DNA of 64,000 nt from Actinomycetota bacterium (GTDB taxonomy: Bacteria; Actinomycetota; CADDZG01; JAHWKV01): positions 80 through 64,079 of the forward strand of contig JAHWKU010000009.1 in the NCBI GenBank assembly GCA_019347715.1, written 5' to 3'. The translations under genes were made by a program, and so were the position numbers. The notes below the pieces were generated by a model that had not been told where the DNA came from, made no database searches, and was given only the letters and a program-made list of their open reading frames with translations. Every line of letters starts with the position of its first letter. Positions within the stretch are counted from its first letter, which is position 1. Of the stretch, positions 17,392-27,148 are shown piece by piece.

Positions 17392-18197
17392 AAAACCGCC
17401 AGCAGGATGCCCACGACGAGACAGTACGCGGCGAATGGATAGAGGCCCCTTTTCTGCAGATATCCGATCATGCCAGCCACCGCCGCATAGCTCGAGATCA
17501 AACCAGCCACGAACCCGACGATGATAGCCCCTGCTCCGATACCGCTTCCGCTGAGATCCGGAATCTTGTAGATGGATGTCCCGATCAGTATCGGAGTGGC
17601 CAGCATGAAGGAGAACCTGGCTGCCTGCGGGCGGCTGAGGCCGGCGAAGAGACCAGCGCCAATCGTCGAGCCTGAACGAGACACGCCGGGAAGTATTGCG
17701 AGCGCCTGCGCGCATCCAACAGCAAATGCTTTCGGAAAGGACAGATCTTGCGCCAACTCCGATACCGATGGGCGAATGGCGTCTTCTGATGTTTTTCCTT
17801 TTCTGTATCGCGTGTACGTCTCCGAGGCTGCGAGGATGGTGGCCGTGAATACCAGGAGGATTGCTACCGTGGTCGGTTCTCCGAACACTTCGGAGATTTG
17901 GCTTTCTAAGAAGTAGCCGATCAGGGCCGCTGGGATCGTTCCAGCGACCAGAACCCATATGAATCGCCTCGGGGGCCCCGGACGGACGAGTCCCTGCAGC
18001 ACTTCAGCTGCTTCTCTCCGAAAGTAGATGAGTACAGCCATCAGGGATGCTGAGTGAAGGAGAACGTCAAAGGCCACTGGTGGCTTTGTCCATCCGAACA
18101 GCTTAGGAACAATCACCAGATGGCCCGAAGATGAGATCGGAAGAAATTCAGTGAGGCCCTGGACCAAACCCAGGACCAAGGCCTCCATTAACGTCAA
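17382..18197 (-). CDS. uppP: Undecaprenyl-diphosphate phosphatase
   Basis: The LVQGLTEFLPISSSGHL motif at the N-terminus, PGVSRSGSTI later on, and 8 TM-like segments. Confidence 0.9.
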   Translation of the reverse strand: MTLMEALVLGLVQGLTEFLPISSSGHLVIVPKLFGWTKPPVAFDVLLHSASLMAVLIYFRREAAEVLQGLVRPGPPRRFIWVLVAGTIPAALIGYFLESQISEVFGEPTTVAILLVFTATILAASETYTRYRKGKTSEDAIRPSVSELAQDLSFPKAFAVGCAQALAILPGVSRSGSTIGAGLFAGLSRPQAARFSFMLATPILIGTSIYKIPDLSGSGIGAGAIIVGFVAGLISSYAAVAGMIGYLQKRGLYPFAAYCLVVGILLAVLWR

Positions 18198-18949
18198 GGG
18201 GAGGTCAGATCCTGTGGACGTATGGGGGCAGGCTGCTCCCCTTGATCTCCGGACAGCGGCGCCAGCACGATCGTGATCCTTCCAAGAGACTCAGCCATAG
18301 CAAGGCGCTCAGCTTCTTGAGGAGTAACGAAGAGCGTGAGAGCAAAGCCTGACGACTCGATGCCAGCACCCTCGAGCCCGAGCTTCTCAGCTACTTCCCC
18401 GGAAGATGCCGATCCAGAGGAGCCCACCGCAGCGACCTGCTTTCCTCTAAGAACCGTGATCGAAGTTGGTTCTCCGAGAACTTCTTTAGGGAAAGTCACA
18501 ATCACGTCGACCACATCTCCTGGTTCGGGGAGGAAGGCTGGGGCGGCTCCTGCGTCTACTCGAAGCGAGTAACCCCTCAGGCCTGGGGGAACGACCGAGG
18601 AGATGCCTCCTTGCGTTCCTAACTTTTTCGAGGTGATGGTCTCTCCCTTATATATGGGAACCGTCACGGTCTTTCCAAGTGCAAGATGGGATGACGCAAG
18701 AGAATCCGGGGGCAGGTAACGCTCTGGATGACGCACGACGGTTAGGTCTCCGGATTCGATCACGCGACCCGGCGAGAGATCGTTCGCAGCCACAACCATT
18801 GGGACCAATACTCCCGTGAGCGGGACCTGAGCTCTCAGATAGGAAAGATAGGAATAAACCGCGAGTCCGGTGGCGATGGCGGCGATTACAGCCAGGACTC
18901 CCCAAAGCGAAGCTCGGCGACGTCCGAGTGACAGAGCCAGTGTGCTCAT
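18194..18949 (-). CDS. cpaB: Flp pilus assembly protein CpaB/RcpC-like (SAF domain)
   Basis: N-terminal TM anchor followed by VPMVVAANDLSPGRVIESGDLTVVRHPERYLP, typical of CpaB. It has a 4-nt overlap with uppP. Confidence 0.7.
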   Translation of the reverse strand: MSTLALSLGRRRASLWGVLAVIAAIATGLAVYSYLSYLRAQVPLTGVLVPMVVAANDLSPGRVIESGDLTVVRHPERYLPPDSLASSHLALGKTVTVPIYKGETITSKKLGTQGGISSVVPPGLRGYSLRVDAGAAPAFLPEPGDVVDVIVTFPKEVLGEPTSITVLRGKQVAAVGSSGSASSGEVAEKLGLEGAGIESSGFALTLFVTPQEAERLAMAESLGRITIVLAPLSGDQGEQPAPIRPQDLTSP

Positions 18950-18997
18950 GCTTCCCTCCTTGTGCTTGGGGAAGCGAGCAGATTCTAACTCTGTGAC

Positions 18998-19321
18998 TCA
19001 GGCGCTTTTCTCGGAGGTCGAGGGCTGGTTTCCCTTGGGTGGGGTAGGTGCGGGCTTCGAGGTTTGCTTGCTGTCCGACTTGTCGGTCTTGGCGGCCTCG
19101 GAGGCGCTATCGGTCTTCTTTGCGGAAGATTTCTCTTTTGACCGGGAGCCTGCGTCGTTTCGGTAAAACCCGGATCCTTTGAAGAGAACGCCGACGGGAT
19201 GGAAGACGCGGCGCAGCTTTCCGCCGCATTCTTCGCACACTTCCAGAGCCTCATCGGAGAACGACTGGACGATCTCCAAATGACGCCCGCAGCTCGTGCA
19301 CGCGTATTCATATGTCGGCAT
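18998..19321 (-). CDS. FmdB-family zinc-ribbon regulatory protein
   Basis: MPTYEYACTSCGRHLEIVQSFSDEALEVCEECGGKLRRVF (CxxC...CxxC) with a low-complexity tail. Start at the ATG at 19321. The track extension to 19492 is not needed. Confidence 0.85.
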   Translation of the reverse strand: MPTYEYACTSCGRHLEIVQSFSDEALEVCEECGGKLRRVFHPVGVLFKGSGFYRNDAGSRSKEKSSAKKTDSASEAAKTDKSDSKQTSKPAPTPPKGNQPSTSEKSA

Positions 19322-19501
19322 AAGTTCTCTCTTGGTTGAGCGGCCCCTTAGTATGGCACCCACTTTCCCACTCTGAGTGGCCCATCCCCTGTGGGGGATG
19401 GTTTTCTCAACCCTTGGAGGGATGGTCGCGTAGGTAAAGTTGACCATCCGAATAGACGAATCACATGTAGAACCGGCAGAGAGCCGTTTCAAGGGGGTTT
19501 C

Positions 19502-21535
19502 GTGTCCCTTCAGTACCGGCTGTTCTCATTTTTCATAGCGATAGTAGTACTGCCTCTTCTCATCGCGACCTTTTTTGGACGCAGCATCATCGTGCGAGAG
19601 TTGGAGGAGCGGACCTACGCACAGTTGGGCGCGGCTCAGCAGGCGGCCGCTGCGATCTACGATGTAACAAGGGTGTCCTCACGGGACAGAGTGCAGCTCG
19701 TAGCCGGGACAGAGACCTTCAGCCAGCTGTTGCTCGAGAAGAGGTACGTCGAGCTGCGGGAGTATGTTCTGGATCAGATGAGTCAGGGTGAAAACCCCAT
19801 CGACTACATGATCGTGGCCGAACCCTCTGGAACCGTACTGGTCGAGGCATTGGCTGAGCCCGAGTTCGTCCCAGGCGTGAAGCCGCTGACGGCTGAAGAG
19901 ATCCTCACGGTGCTTCCTACAAACAATCCGCGACGGTGGCTCTTCACGTTCGCCATCCAGGCGATCAGATCCCCAGACGACGTTGAGGAACTAGCGACCG
20001 TCGTCGGAGGCGATTATGTCGACAACGACTTTCTTCTTCGGCTTACGACTGCCGAGGGAGTAAACGCCTCGCTATTGGTAGAAGAGCGGATCAACTCGAC
20101 GACCATAGAGAGCCTTCACGACTCATCGCGTCCGGTAATCGTGGATCTCAGTGAGTCGCCCCCATTCATGAAGACTCGCATCGCCGGCATTGATGTGTAC
20201 GGTGCTCCCGGACTGCTGAGCAGGGACGTAGCGCCGGCGGAGGCCTCATTCCTCATGACCACTTCCCAGCAGCCGATAGCCCAACTGACCAGCGACATCC
20301 AGCGACTCATGCTTTTCCTTTTGATCCTCGCCTTCATCGGCTCGGTTCTATTGGGGTTCTCACTTGCACGGGTCATATCTCGACCTCTTCGAGAGCTTGC
20401 CCTCGGAGCGAACGCCATCTCGGCCGGCAACTACGATCAGCACATCGCGGTGCGGACCAAAGACGAAATGGGACAGCTGGCCAGATCGTTCAATGAGATG
20501 GCGCAACGGCTTTCGGTTCACATCACGGAGCTAAAAGAGTCGAGAGAAGAACTGAAACGCGCTTTGACTCGCTTTGCCGAAACGCTGCGGTCCACCCACG
20601 ACCTTGGCCGTCTGCTTCCTCTCGTGCTGGAAACGAGCATTGAGACGCTGCGGGCGGAGCGAGGTTTATTGATGATGATGACCCCGGCGAGAGATTCTCT
20701 TGTCGTCAAGGTAGAGCATGGTTTTGATGGGGACGAGTTCGAAGTCAGCGTTGGAGAGGGTATAGCCGGCAAAATCGCCGAGACCGGAGAACCCGTAAGA
20801 CTTCCAAACGGCGATGGCGCTCCAGACAGGGCCCCGCAAGAGCCGGAGTTTCGCACGAAACTGGCAGTGCCGATCTTTTCGCAAGAGCGAGTGATCGCGG
20901 TGCTCATGCTTTACGACAAAGAGGATGGAATGAACTTCAGTGAAGCAGACATGGGAACGCTGCTTTCGATCGCCGACGTGGCAGGAGTCGCGATCGAAAA
21001 CGTGTTGCTTCACGAGGACATCAAGCGGCAGGCCATCACCGACGGACTTACCGCAACCTGGAACTGGCGCTACTTCCGAATCCGGTACGAGCAGGAGATC
21101 GAACGTGCCGCACGATTCAGCAGGCCTTTCTCGCTGTGCGTTATCGACATCGACCACTTCAAGCAATTCAATGACACCTATGGGCATCAGCGCGGCGACT
21201 CCGTTCTTATCGAACTTGCCCGCAGGGTCAAAGATCAGATCCGCGACATCGATGCTCTGGCACGCTACGGGGGCGAAGAGTTCGTGCTCATCCTTCCGGA
21301 AACTGATGAAGAGGGAGCAGAGAGGACCGCGGAGAAGATCCGCGCATCGGTGGGCGAGACGCCATTCCAGGGAGAGCCCCCGCTGACGGTTACCGTCTCA
21401 ATAGGTGTGGCGACCTATCCAATCCACGGATCCGATCAAGACACTCTTCTTAATCATGCCGACCAAGCCATGTATGCGGCTAAGGCCGCCGGACGAAATC
21501 AGGTGGTGGTGCATCGCCCCCCGGAAGTGGCCTAA
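19502..21535 (+). CDS. Membrane sensor diguanylate cyclase (periplasmic sensor - HAMP - GAF - GGDEF)
   Basis: TM helix, extracytoplasmic region and a second TM, then HAMP (ISRPLRELALGANAISAGNYDQ...MGQLARSFNEM), a GAF-like block, and GGDEF (RYGGEEF). GTG at 19502 behind AAGGGGG. The track start at 19391 is an alternative. Confidence 0.85.
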   Translation: MSLQYRLFSFFIAIVVLPLLIATFFGRSIIVRELEERTYAQLGAAQQAAAAIYDVTRVSSRDRVQLVAGTETFSQLLLEKRYVELREYVLDQMSQGENPIDYMIVAEPSGTVLVEALAEPEFVPGVKPLTAEEILTVLPTNNPRRWLFTFAIQAIRSPDDVEELATVVGGDYVDNDFLLRLTTAEGVNASLLVEERINSTTIESLHDSSRPVIVDLSESPPFMKTRIAGIDVYGAPGLLSRDVAPAEASFLMTTSQQPIAQLTSDIQRLMLFLLILAFIGSVLLGFSLARVISRPLRELALGANAISAGNYDQHIAVRTKDEMGQLARSFNEMAQRLSVHITELKESREELKRALTRFAETLRSTHDLGRLLPLVLETSIETLRAERGLLMMMTPARDSLVVKVEHGFDGDEFEVSVGEGIAGKIAETGEPVRLPNGDGAPDRAPQEPEFRTKLAVPIFSQERVIAVLMLYDKEDGMNFSEADMGTLLSIADVAGVAIENVLLHEDIKRQAITDGLTATWNWRYFRIRYEQEIERAARFSRPFSLCVIDIDHFKQFNDTYGHQRGDSVLIELARRVKDQIRDIDALARYGGEEFVLILPETDEEGAERTAEKIRASVGETPFQGEPPLTVTVSIGVATYPIHGSDQDTLLNHADQAMYAAKAAGRNQVVVHRPPEVA

Positions 21536-21586
21536 CCGGCTAACTTCTTCTGCGCGCCTTTCTGGTGCCGATAGACTGACCTTCAA

Positions 21587-22453
21587 ATGAAGGTCACGAA
21601 AGCCGTCATTCCCGCCGCTGGGCTGGGAACCAGGTTTCTCCCTGCGACACGAGCTCTTCCAAAGAATCTGCTGCCGGTAATCGATCGGCCCATCATTCAA
21701 TACGCCGTTGAGGAATTGGTGCGTGCCGGCATCAGCGAGGTTTGGATAGTGATATCGAAGGGCCAGGAGGCTCTGGTAGAACACTTCCGTTCGTCGCCAG
21801 AACTCGAATCGGCCTTAGAGGCAAAGGGCAAAGTCGATCTGCTTGCGGAGTTGAAAGCGATACAGCAACTGGCGGCCGTCGATTACGTTTATCAAGACGA
21901 ACCCCATGGTCTGGGGCACGCGGTTGCCTGTGCCCGCGACCAGATCGGAGACGAGCCGTTCGCAGCACTTCTCCCCGACGAGCTTTTCGATCCTAAGGAG
22001 AACTTCTTGGGGCGGATGGTGGAGGTCTTCGACGAATCCGGCCAAGCCGTGGTCGCGGTGCACGATGTTCCCGGTGATGACATCCGTCTCTACGGGGCTA
22101 TCGATCCAGTCGATCCGAGTGCTGACGTTATGGAAGTCAAAGGCGTGGTGGAGAAACCCGATCCGGCAGAGGCCCCCTCTCACCTTTCGCTGTCGGGCAG
22201 GTATGTCCTTGGGTCCGACGTGTTCGACATACTCGATGACCTGCCTCGTGGCGCAGGAAATGAGATCCAGCTCGCCGACGCTTTGGGCGTTCTGGGGGGC
22301 CAAGGTCGTCTCAAGGCGATTCGCTACGAAGGCAAACGCTGGGATGTCGGAAAGAAAGAGGGGTTTCTGGAGGCTACGGTGGCCCTCGCGATCGATCGTG
22401 ATGACGTTGGCCCAGGGTTTCGCCAGTTCCTTGCTTCACTCGGAACCAAATGA
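21587..22453 (+). CDS. galU: UTP--glucose-1-phosphate uridylyltransferase
   Basis: KAVIPAAGLGTRFLPATRALPKNLLPV and the VEKP motif, 288 aa. Confidence 0.9.
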   Translation: MKVTKAVIPAAGLGTRFLPATRALPKNLLPVIDRPIIQYAVEELVRAGISEVWIVISKGQEALVEHFRSSPELESALEAKGKVDLLAELKAIQQLAAVDYVYQDEPHGLGHAVACARDQIGDEPFAALLPDELFDPKENFLGRMVEVFDESGQAVVAVHDVPGDDIRLYGAIDPVDPSADVMEVKGVVEKPDPAEAPSHLSLSGRYVLGSDVFDILDDLPRGAGNEIQLADALGVLGGQGRLKAIRYEGKRWDVGKKEGFLEATVALAIDRDDVGPGFRQFLASLGTK

Positions 22454-22938
22454 GCCCGCCTCGTTCTCGGAAGTTGAGTCACATCGATGCTGAGGGTAGA
22501 GCCCGGATGGTCGATGTCTCCGGCAAGAAGGCCACGGAGAGGCGCGCCCGAGCCAAGGCTTTCGTGAGGCTCTCGCCAGATGCTCTTAAAGCCATTGATG
22601 ACGAGTCTCTCGAGAAGGGGGACGCCTTGACCGTTGCCAAGATCGCCGGCGTGATGGCTGCGAAGAAGACCCACGAGTTGATTCCACTCTGTCATCCGCT
22701 CTCACTCACCCATATCGATGTGTCTGTCGAAGTTGTCGAGGGTGGGGTTCTCATTGGCAGCGAGGTCAAAACTACCGAACGGACTGGAGTGGAGATGGAG
22801 GCACTTACTGCTGCCTCGGTGGCGGCATTGACCATCTACGACATGTGCAAGTCGATCGATAAAGGAATAACGATCGAATCGGCGATGCTCGTTCAAAAGA
22901 GCGGTGGCAAGAGTGGGGATTGGAGCCGCAGTGGATGA
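22450..22938 (+). CDS. moaC: Cyclic pyranopterin monophosphate synthase
   Basis: LSHIDAEGRARMVDVSGK...LIPLCHPL...TGVEMEALTAASVAALTIYDMCK, with an ATGA overlap onto galU. Confidence 0.9.
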   Translation: MSPPRSRKLSHIDAEGRARMVDVSGKKATERRARAKAFVRLSPDALKAIDDESLEKGDALTVAKIAGVMAAKKTHELIPLCHPLSLTHIDVSVEVVEGGVLIGSEVKTTERTGVEMEALTAASVAALTIYDMCKSIDKGITIESAMLVQKSGGKSGDWSRSG

Positions 22939-23431
22939 GTCTTCCCTCGCCGGGATAGTCGCAGCCGTACTGACGGTGAGCGACTCCGTTGTCGCGGGGG
23001 ACAGAAAGGATGAAAGCGGGCCGCAAGCGGCGCGCATCCTTTCCGAAGCCGGCGCAGAAGTTGCGACTCAGGACGCGGTCGAAGATGACACCCGGTTAAT
23101 TGCGGCACGCCTTCGCCAGATGTGCGACCACCTCGAATCCCGGTTGGTGATTACGACCGGGGGCACCGGCGTCTCTCCTCGAGATGTCACCCCAGAGGCG
23201 ACCGAACGAGTCTCCGATCGTCTTGTTCCAGGGGTAGCGGAGGTGATGCGGTCTGTTTCTCTATCGAAGACCCCTCAGGCAGCCCTCTCTCGGGCCGTGG
23301 TGGGTATCAGGGGGAAGTCGCTGATCGTGAACCTCCCGGGCTCACCGCAAGCCGTGAAGGAGTGTATGGACGCAATCCTGCCGGTTCTTCCTCACGCTCT
23401 GGAATTGATCGGCGGTCACTCCCCCCACTAA
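22931..23431 (+). CDS. mog: Molybdenum cofactor biosynthesis protein MogA/MoaB
   Basis: AAVLTVSDSVVAGDRKDESG...ITTGGTGVSPRDVTPEA...NLPGSPQAV. GTG at 22931 overlaps the moaC stop. The track start at 22904 is an alternative. Confidence 0.85.
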   Translation: MDESSLAGIVAAVLTVSDSVVAGDRKDESGPQAARILSEAGAEVATQDAVEDDTRLIAARLRQMCDHLESRLVITTGGTGVSPRDVTPEATERVSDRLVPGVAEVMRSVSLSKTPQAALSRAVVGIRGKSLIVNLPGSPQAVKECMDAILPVLPHALELIGGHSPH

Positions 23432-23598
23432 CTGGGTTCCGGGGAAGGCTTGGGGCGCTTGAAGTAAGCCACCACACCACCCACGTCTGGTGGTGTGAAG
23501 ACCGCGACGAGCTCCCACCCATCTTCTCCCCAGTTGTTGAGTATCTCCTGAGCGGCGTGGGGGATTATCGGGACGCTCGCGTATTCCCACTTGGTCAT
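23428..23598 (-). CDS. DUF4177 family small protein
   Basis: Below the track's size cutoff. My translation is MTKWEYASVPIIPHAAQEILNNWGEDGWELVAVFTPPDVGGVVAYFKRPKPSPEPS (56 aa). It overlaps the stop of mog and the stop of the upstream flavin reductase gene. Confidence 0.7.
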   Translation of the reverse strand: MTKWEYASVPIIPHAAQEILNNWGEDGWELVAVFTPPDVGGVVAYFKRPKPSPEPS

Positions 23599-24080
23599 GA
23601 CAAGTCCTCCTTCGAAAGCCGGTGATAGTTACCCCTGAAATATATGAGGGGGGAGCTGATCTCTGTCTCAGTGGATATCACCTCGCCGACAAAGATGGTG
23701 TGATCGCCTCCAGGCACTTCGTCGGTCACCCGACACTCCAAAAAACCGATAGCTCCAGGGAACAGCGGGACTCCGGTCTTCGGCCCCGGCCGAACTTCCA
23801 AATCTTCGAAACGATCTATCCCGCTTTGTGAAAATGTCTGAGCGATCTCCTCTTGGCCGGCCGAGAGGATGTTGGCCCCGAACACTCTCGATCGACTTAC
23901 GGCTCCGTGGGTTCTCGAGGCCTGATCCAAAGAAACCTGGACCAGCGGAGGATCGAGCGAGACGCTGGTGAAGGAGGTTGCGGTCATCCCGTAAAAGTCA
24001 CCGTCCAAGACCGTCGTGACTATCGTCACTCCCGCCGCGAGGTTACTCATGACCTCGCGGAAATCACCGTCAGAGATCAC
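23595..24080 (-). CDS. Flavin reductase family protein
   Basis: FREVMSNLAAGVTIVTT...YGMTATSFTSVSLDPPLV...GDHTIFVGEV. GTG at 24080 lies just downstream of the pepA stop. The 274-aa track ORF runs into pepA. Confidence 0.8.
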   Translation of the reverse strand: MISDGDFREVMSNLAAGVTIVTTVLDGDFYGMTATSFTSVSLDPPLVQVSLDQASRTHGAVSRSRVFGANILSAGQEEIAQTFSQSGIDRFEDLEVRPGPKTGVPLFPGAIGFLECRVTDEVPGGDHTIFVGEVISTETEISSPLIYFRGNYHRLSKEDLS

Positions 24081-24093
24081 TGGCCCGAAGCGT

Positions 24094-25545
24094 TTAGCGG
24101 CCTGCTCTTTTTTCGATCCAGTCCACAACCAGGCGGACCCCAACTCCGGTTGCGCCCTTGCGGATGTAATGGTCGTGCTTGTCTGCTCGGGCTGGACCCG
24201 CGATGTCGAGGTGAGCCCATGGCGTGTCACCAACGAAGTCCCTGAGGAAGAGCGCTCCGAAGATGGGGCTTCCATATCGTCCGCCGGTGTTCTTGACGTC
24301 TGCGACGTCGCTATCGATGTCTTTGCGGAGTTCGTCAAGAAGCGGCATTTCCCAGACCCTCTCGCCCGTGCGGGCCGCACTGTCCCTGATCTCGCGTGCC
24401 AGACGGGGCTCATTCGCAAAGAAGCCCGTGACCTTCTTTCCGAGCGCGATCATCATTCCACCCGTAAGCGTGGCCAGGTCGATCATGGCATCAGGCTTCT
24501 GATCCACCATCCAGGCCAATGCGTCCGCAAGGACCAACCTGCCCTCGGCGTCGGTGTTCAGGACTTCGGAAGTGCGGCCCCCGTAGTGGCGAATGACGTC
24601 CCCTGGTCTGACTGCGTTTCCGCTCGGCATGTTCTCTGCGAGAGGAATCGCCGCGATGACGTTGATCTTCGGCTTTAGCTCCGGGAGCGAAGTGATAGCG
24701 GCGATCACTGCGGCCGCTCCCGAACAGTCCGTCTTCATGGTCTCCATTCCCTCGGCGGTCTTGAGCGACAGGCCACCGGAATCGAAGGTGATTCCCTTGC
24801 CGATGATGCCAAGCATCCCCTTTGCTCCCCGCGGTGAATAGCGAATCGTAAGGAACCGGGGGGGCGATGAGCTGCCCTGTCCCACGGTCAAGATTCCGTT
24901 CATCCCCAGTTTCTTGAGTTCCTTTTCTCCCAGGATCTCTGCTGTCAGTCCCGCGGCTTCGGCTCTCTTCGCAGCCAGGTCGGCGAATCCTGCCGGGCCC
25001 CGCACTCCGCCGGGCTCGTTGACGATATCGCGGGCCCAGTTCACCGCTTCGGCCAGCAGCCTGCCGCGATCTGCTTCCCGATCGCTTTTCTTGGCAGCGC
25101 CGAGGTACACGGTCTGCTCGATTTGCTTCTGCCCATTCGACTTATAGCGGTTGAACTTGTATCCGCCCATCAGAAATCCCTCGACCGCTGCCTGGCGAGC
25201 GCCGGCTGCGTCGGGAAGATCGAAAGCGACGGTCTTGAAAGAGGCCGTTTTAGAGGCCGCGGCCCCGGCTGCCCTTCTGACCTCTTCATGGGTCACGCGG
25301 TCCTCGCCCAATCCCACCGCAAGAACCACTCCTGCGTTGGTCCTTCCAAAGGTCGGGATGATGGCGTGCTCGCCGACCTTGGCTTTGAAGGCGATCCTTT
25401 CCAAATGCTCGGTGAGACCGCCCCCGAGGGCCTTATCCACCTGGGTACCCTGCCTGGTGAGCTTGTTGCCCTTGCGGATCCCAATCACCAGAGCATCCAC
25501 CTTCATCTCGCTTAGTGGGGTGCTGGTCGAGTCGATTTTCACCAC
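24094..25545 (-). CDS. pepA: Leucyl aminopeptidase (M17)
   Basis: 483 aa with VGKGITFDSGGLSLK, MKTDCSGAAAV and NTDAEGRLVLADAL motifs. Confidence 0.9.
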   Translation of the reverse strand: MVKIDSTSTPLSEMKVDALVIGIRKGNKLTRQGTQVDKALGGGLTEHLERIAFKAKVGEHAIIPTFGRTNAGVVLAVGLGEDRVTHEEVRRAAGAAASKTASFKTVAFDLPDAAGARQAAVEGFLMGGYKFNRYKSNGQKQIEQTVYLGAAKKSDREADRGRLLAEAVNWARDIVNEPGGVRGPAGFADLAAKRAEAAGLTAEILGEKELKKLGMNGILTVGQGSSSPPRFLTIRYSPRGAKGMLGIIGKGITFDSGGLSLKTAEGMETMKTDCSGAAAVIAAITSLPELKPKINVIAAIPLAENMPSGNAVRPGDVIRHYGGRTSEVLNTDAEGRLVLADALAWMVDQKPDAMIDLATLTGGMMIALGKKVTGFFANEPRLAREIRDSAARTGERVWEMPLLDELRKDIDSDVADVKNTGGRYGSPIFGALFLRDFVGDTPWAHLDIAGPARADKHDHYIRKGATGVGVRLVVDWIEKRAGR

Positions 25546-25675
25546 GGGGGACCTCCTTGTTTACGTCTGTCTCAGAGGATGGGCAGTCTATCGGGGAGTT
25601 GGGAAATCCGAAGAGGCCCCCAAGCGTCGTGCTACGGTTCGGCGAAGCCCATCAAGTAGCGGGGTAGCTTCAGCT

Positions 25676-26146
25676 TTGACTCTAGTAGCGGTAATTTTGC
25701 TGGCAGCCCTGTGGCTCGGAGTTTTCGTACCAGCGTTAGTCCGAGCCAGACAAGACACCTCCCCAATTGTCAGTGTCGGTGCGTTCCGGCGCGGCATGCG
25801 AGCACTATCGGGAGGACAGATGACGGGAGCAGCTGGGCGTTGGATCCTCACCCCGGGGGGGCCGGAGGCAATCGAAGAACCGAAGCGTCGAGCAACAAGA
25901 CGCCGCCGCAAGATATTCCTGGGTCTTCTCGCAGCTGCAGCTCTCACGCTCGTCATGGGACTCATCCCTGATCTCAGATGGCTGCTTCGTTTTCACATAG
26001 CTTTGGACTTCCTAATCGTTGGTTACGTCTTGTTTTTGATACAGGCGCGCCAGCAACGTGAGCGGTACGTTCCGCGCCATGCCCCGCCGGCTGAGACCGA
26101 GCCGGCCCTCGAGGAAGACCGGTTCCTCAAAGCCGGACAGTTCTAA
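25676..26146 (+). CDS. Hypothetical membrane protein (start uncertain)
   Basis: Two clear TM helices (LTLVAVILLAALWLGVFVPAL and FLGLLAAAALTLVMGLI) plus a third. The frame is open from 25151 but is antisense to pepA before 25545. In-frame starts are TTG at 25676 or GTG at 25520, the latter giving a 26-nt divergent overlap. Confidence 0.5.
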   Translation: MTLVAVILLAALWLGVFVPALVRARQDTSPIVSVGAFRRGMRALSGGQMTGAAGRWILTPGGPEAIEEPKRRATRRRRKIFLGLLAAAALTLVMGLIPDLRWLLRFHIALDFLIVGYVLFLIQARQQRERYVPRHAPPAETEPALEEDRFLKAGQF

Positions 26147-26171
26147 GCCTCAATTCGGCTACGCTTGAACG

Positions 26172-26795
26172 ATGGATCTAGAAAAGCTTTCTGCCTCCGT
26201 GAGGGGAACCCTCGACGCCAAGCATGCAGCCAGGGAGAAGGGTCTCCCCCTTTGCAGGAAAGCCATCCGCCTGTCGGCTAATGCGATCCGAGCGGTCCAT
26301 CGAGGTGAGAAGGACACCGCCGAGAAGTTGATCGAAGAGGCGCGTGCATGTCTCGATGAAGCCCAGGAGTCCATGGCCGAGCACCCCGACATTCGATACG
26401 CCGGGTTCTTTCACGATTCCGCCAAGGAATACGCCGAAGCCCGTCTCACTCTTGCCCTCGTGTTCAATCTCTCGTTTCCATCCCCGACCGATGTCGGCGT
26501 AGAAGTCCCCGCCTATTTGAATGGTCTCGGAGAGACGATCGGCGAGTTGCGAAGACATGTCCTTGATCTCATGAGACACGGCGAGCTCGAAAGATCGGAG
26601 CGACTCCTCGAGTCAATGGACGAGATCTACTACCTGCTCACTTCGATGGATTACCCAGACGGTATGACCGGGGGACTCCGAAGAACAACCGACGTTGCCC
26701 GTTCGATCATCGAAAGAACAAGGGGCGATCTGTCTACGACCCTGATTCAGCAGAAGCTGATCAGCTCTCTAGAAAGAGAGAGCGAAGGGAACTAA
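26172..26795 (+). CDS. Translin-family protein
   Basis: 207 aa. AREKGLPLCRKAIRLSANAIRAVHRGE..., HPDIRYAGFFHDSAKEYAEA, PAYLNGLGETIGELRRHVLD and DYPDGMTGGLRRTTDVARSIIERTRGDL match my recollection of archaeal/bacterial translin-like proteins. Confidence 0.7.
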   Translation: MDLEKLSASVRGTLDAKHAAREKGLPLCRKAIRLSANAIRAVHRGEKDTAEKLIEEARACLDEAQESMAEHPDIRYAGFFHDSAKEYAEARLTLALVFNLSFPSPTDVGVEVPAYLNGLGETIGELRRHVLDLMRHGELERSERLLESMDEIYYLLTSMDYPDGMTGGLRRTTDVARSIIERTRGDLSTTLIQQKLISSLERESEGN

Positions 26796-26841
26796 GCGGA
26801 TTCAATCGCCCTGTCCGGGGGCTTTACAATTACTCATTCGA

Positions 26842-26941
<100 letters not shown>

Positions 26942-27148
26942 TATGCGCATGACCGAGCGTATTTCCCACATGAATGGACGCCGACCTCCTTTAGTTACTT
27001 TCCCGAAGGAGGTCTTTCTTGCACCGATTCGATGAGAACGATCAAGCCAATTGGGATGGACATCTTTTCCGCAAACAAAGCGCCGAGACGGGGGAAGGTG
27101 CCGACGAGACTCCAAGGAATTTTACGGAATCGATGGAACAATGTGTCG

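Noticed and set aside
17392-17958. Upstream part of the 269-aa ORF 17149..17958
   Set aside because: It overlaps uppP in a different frame, and uppP has unambiguous motifs. Only the last 80 codons are free-standing.
24081-24419. Extension of the flavin reductase ORF to 274 aa
   Set aside because: It runs into the 3' end of pepA on the same strand in another frame. GTG at 24080 gives the canonical family length.
25151-25545. N-terminal 130 aa of the 331-aa plus-strand ORF
   Set aside because: It is antisense to the pepA N-terminal coding region, with Ala/Pro/Ser-rich off-frame composition.
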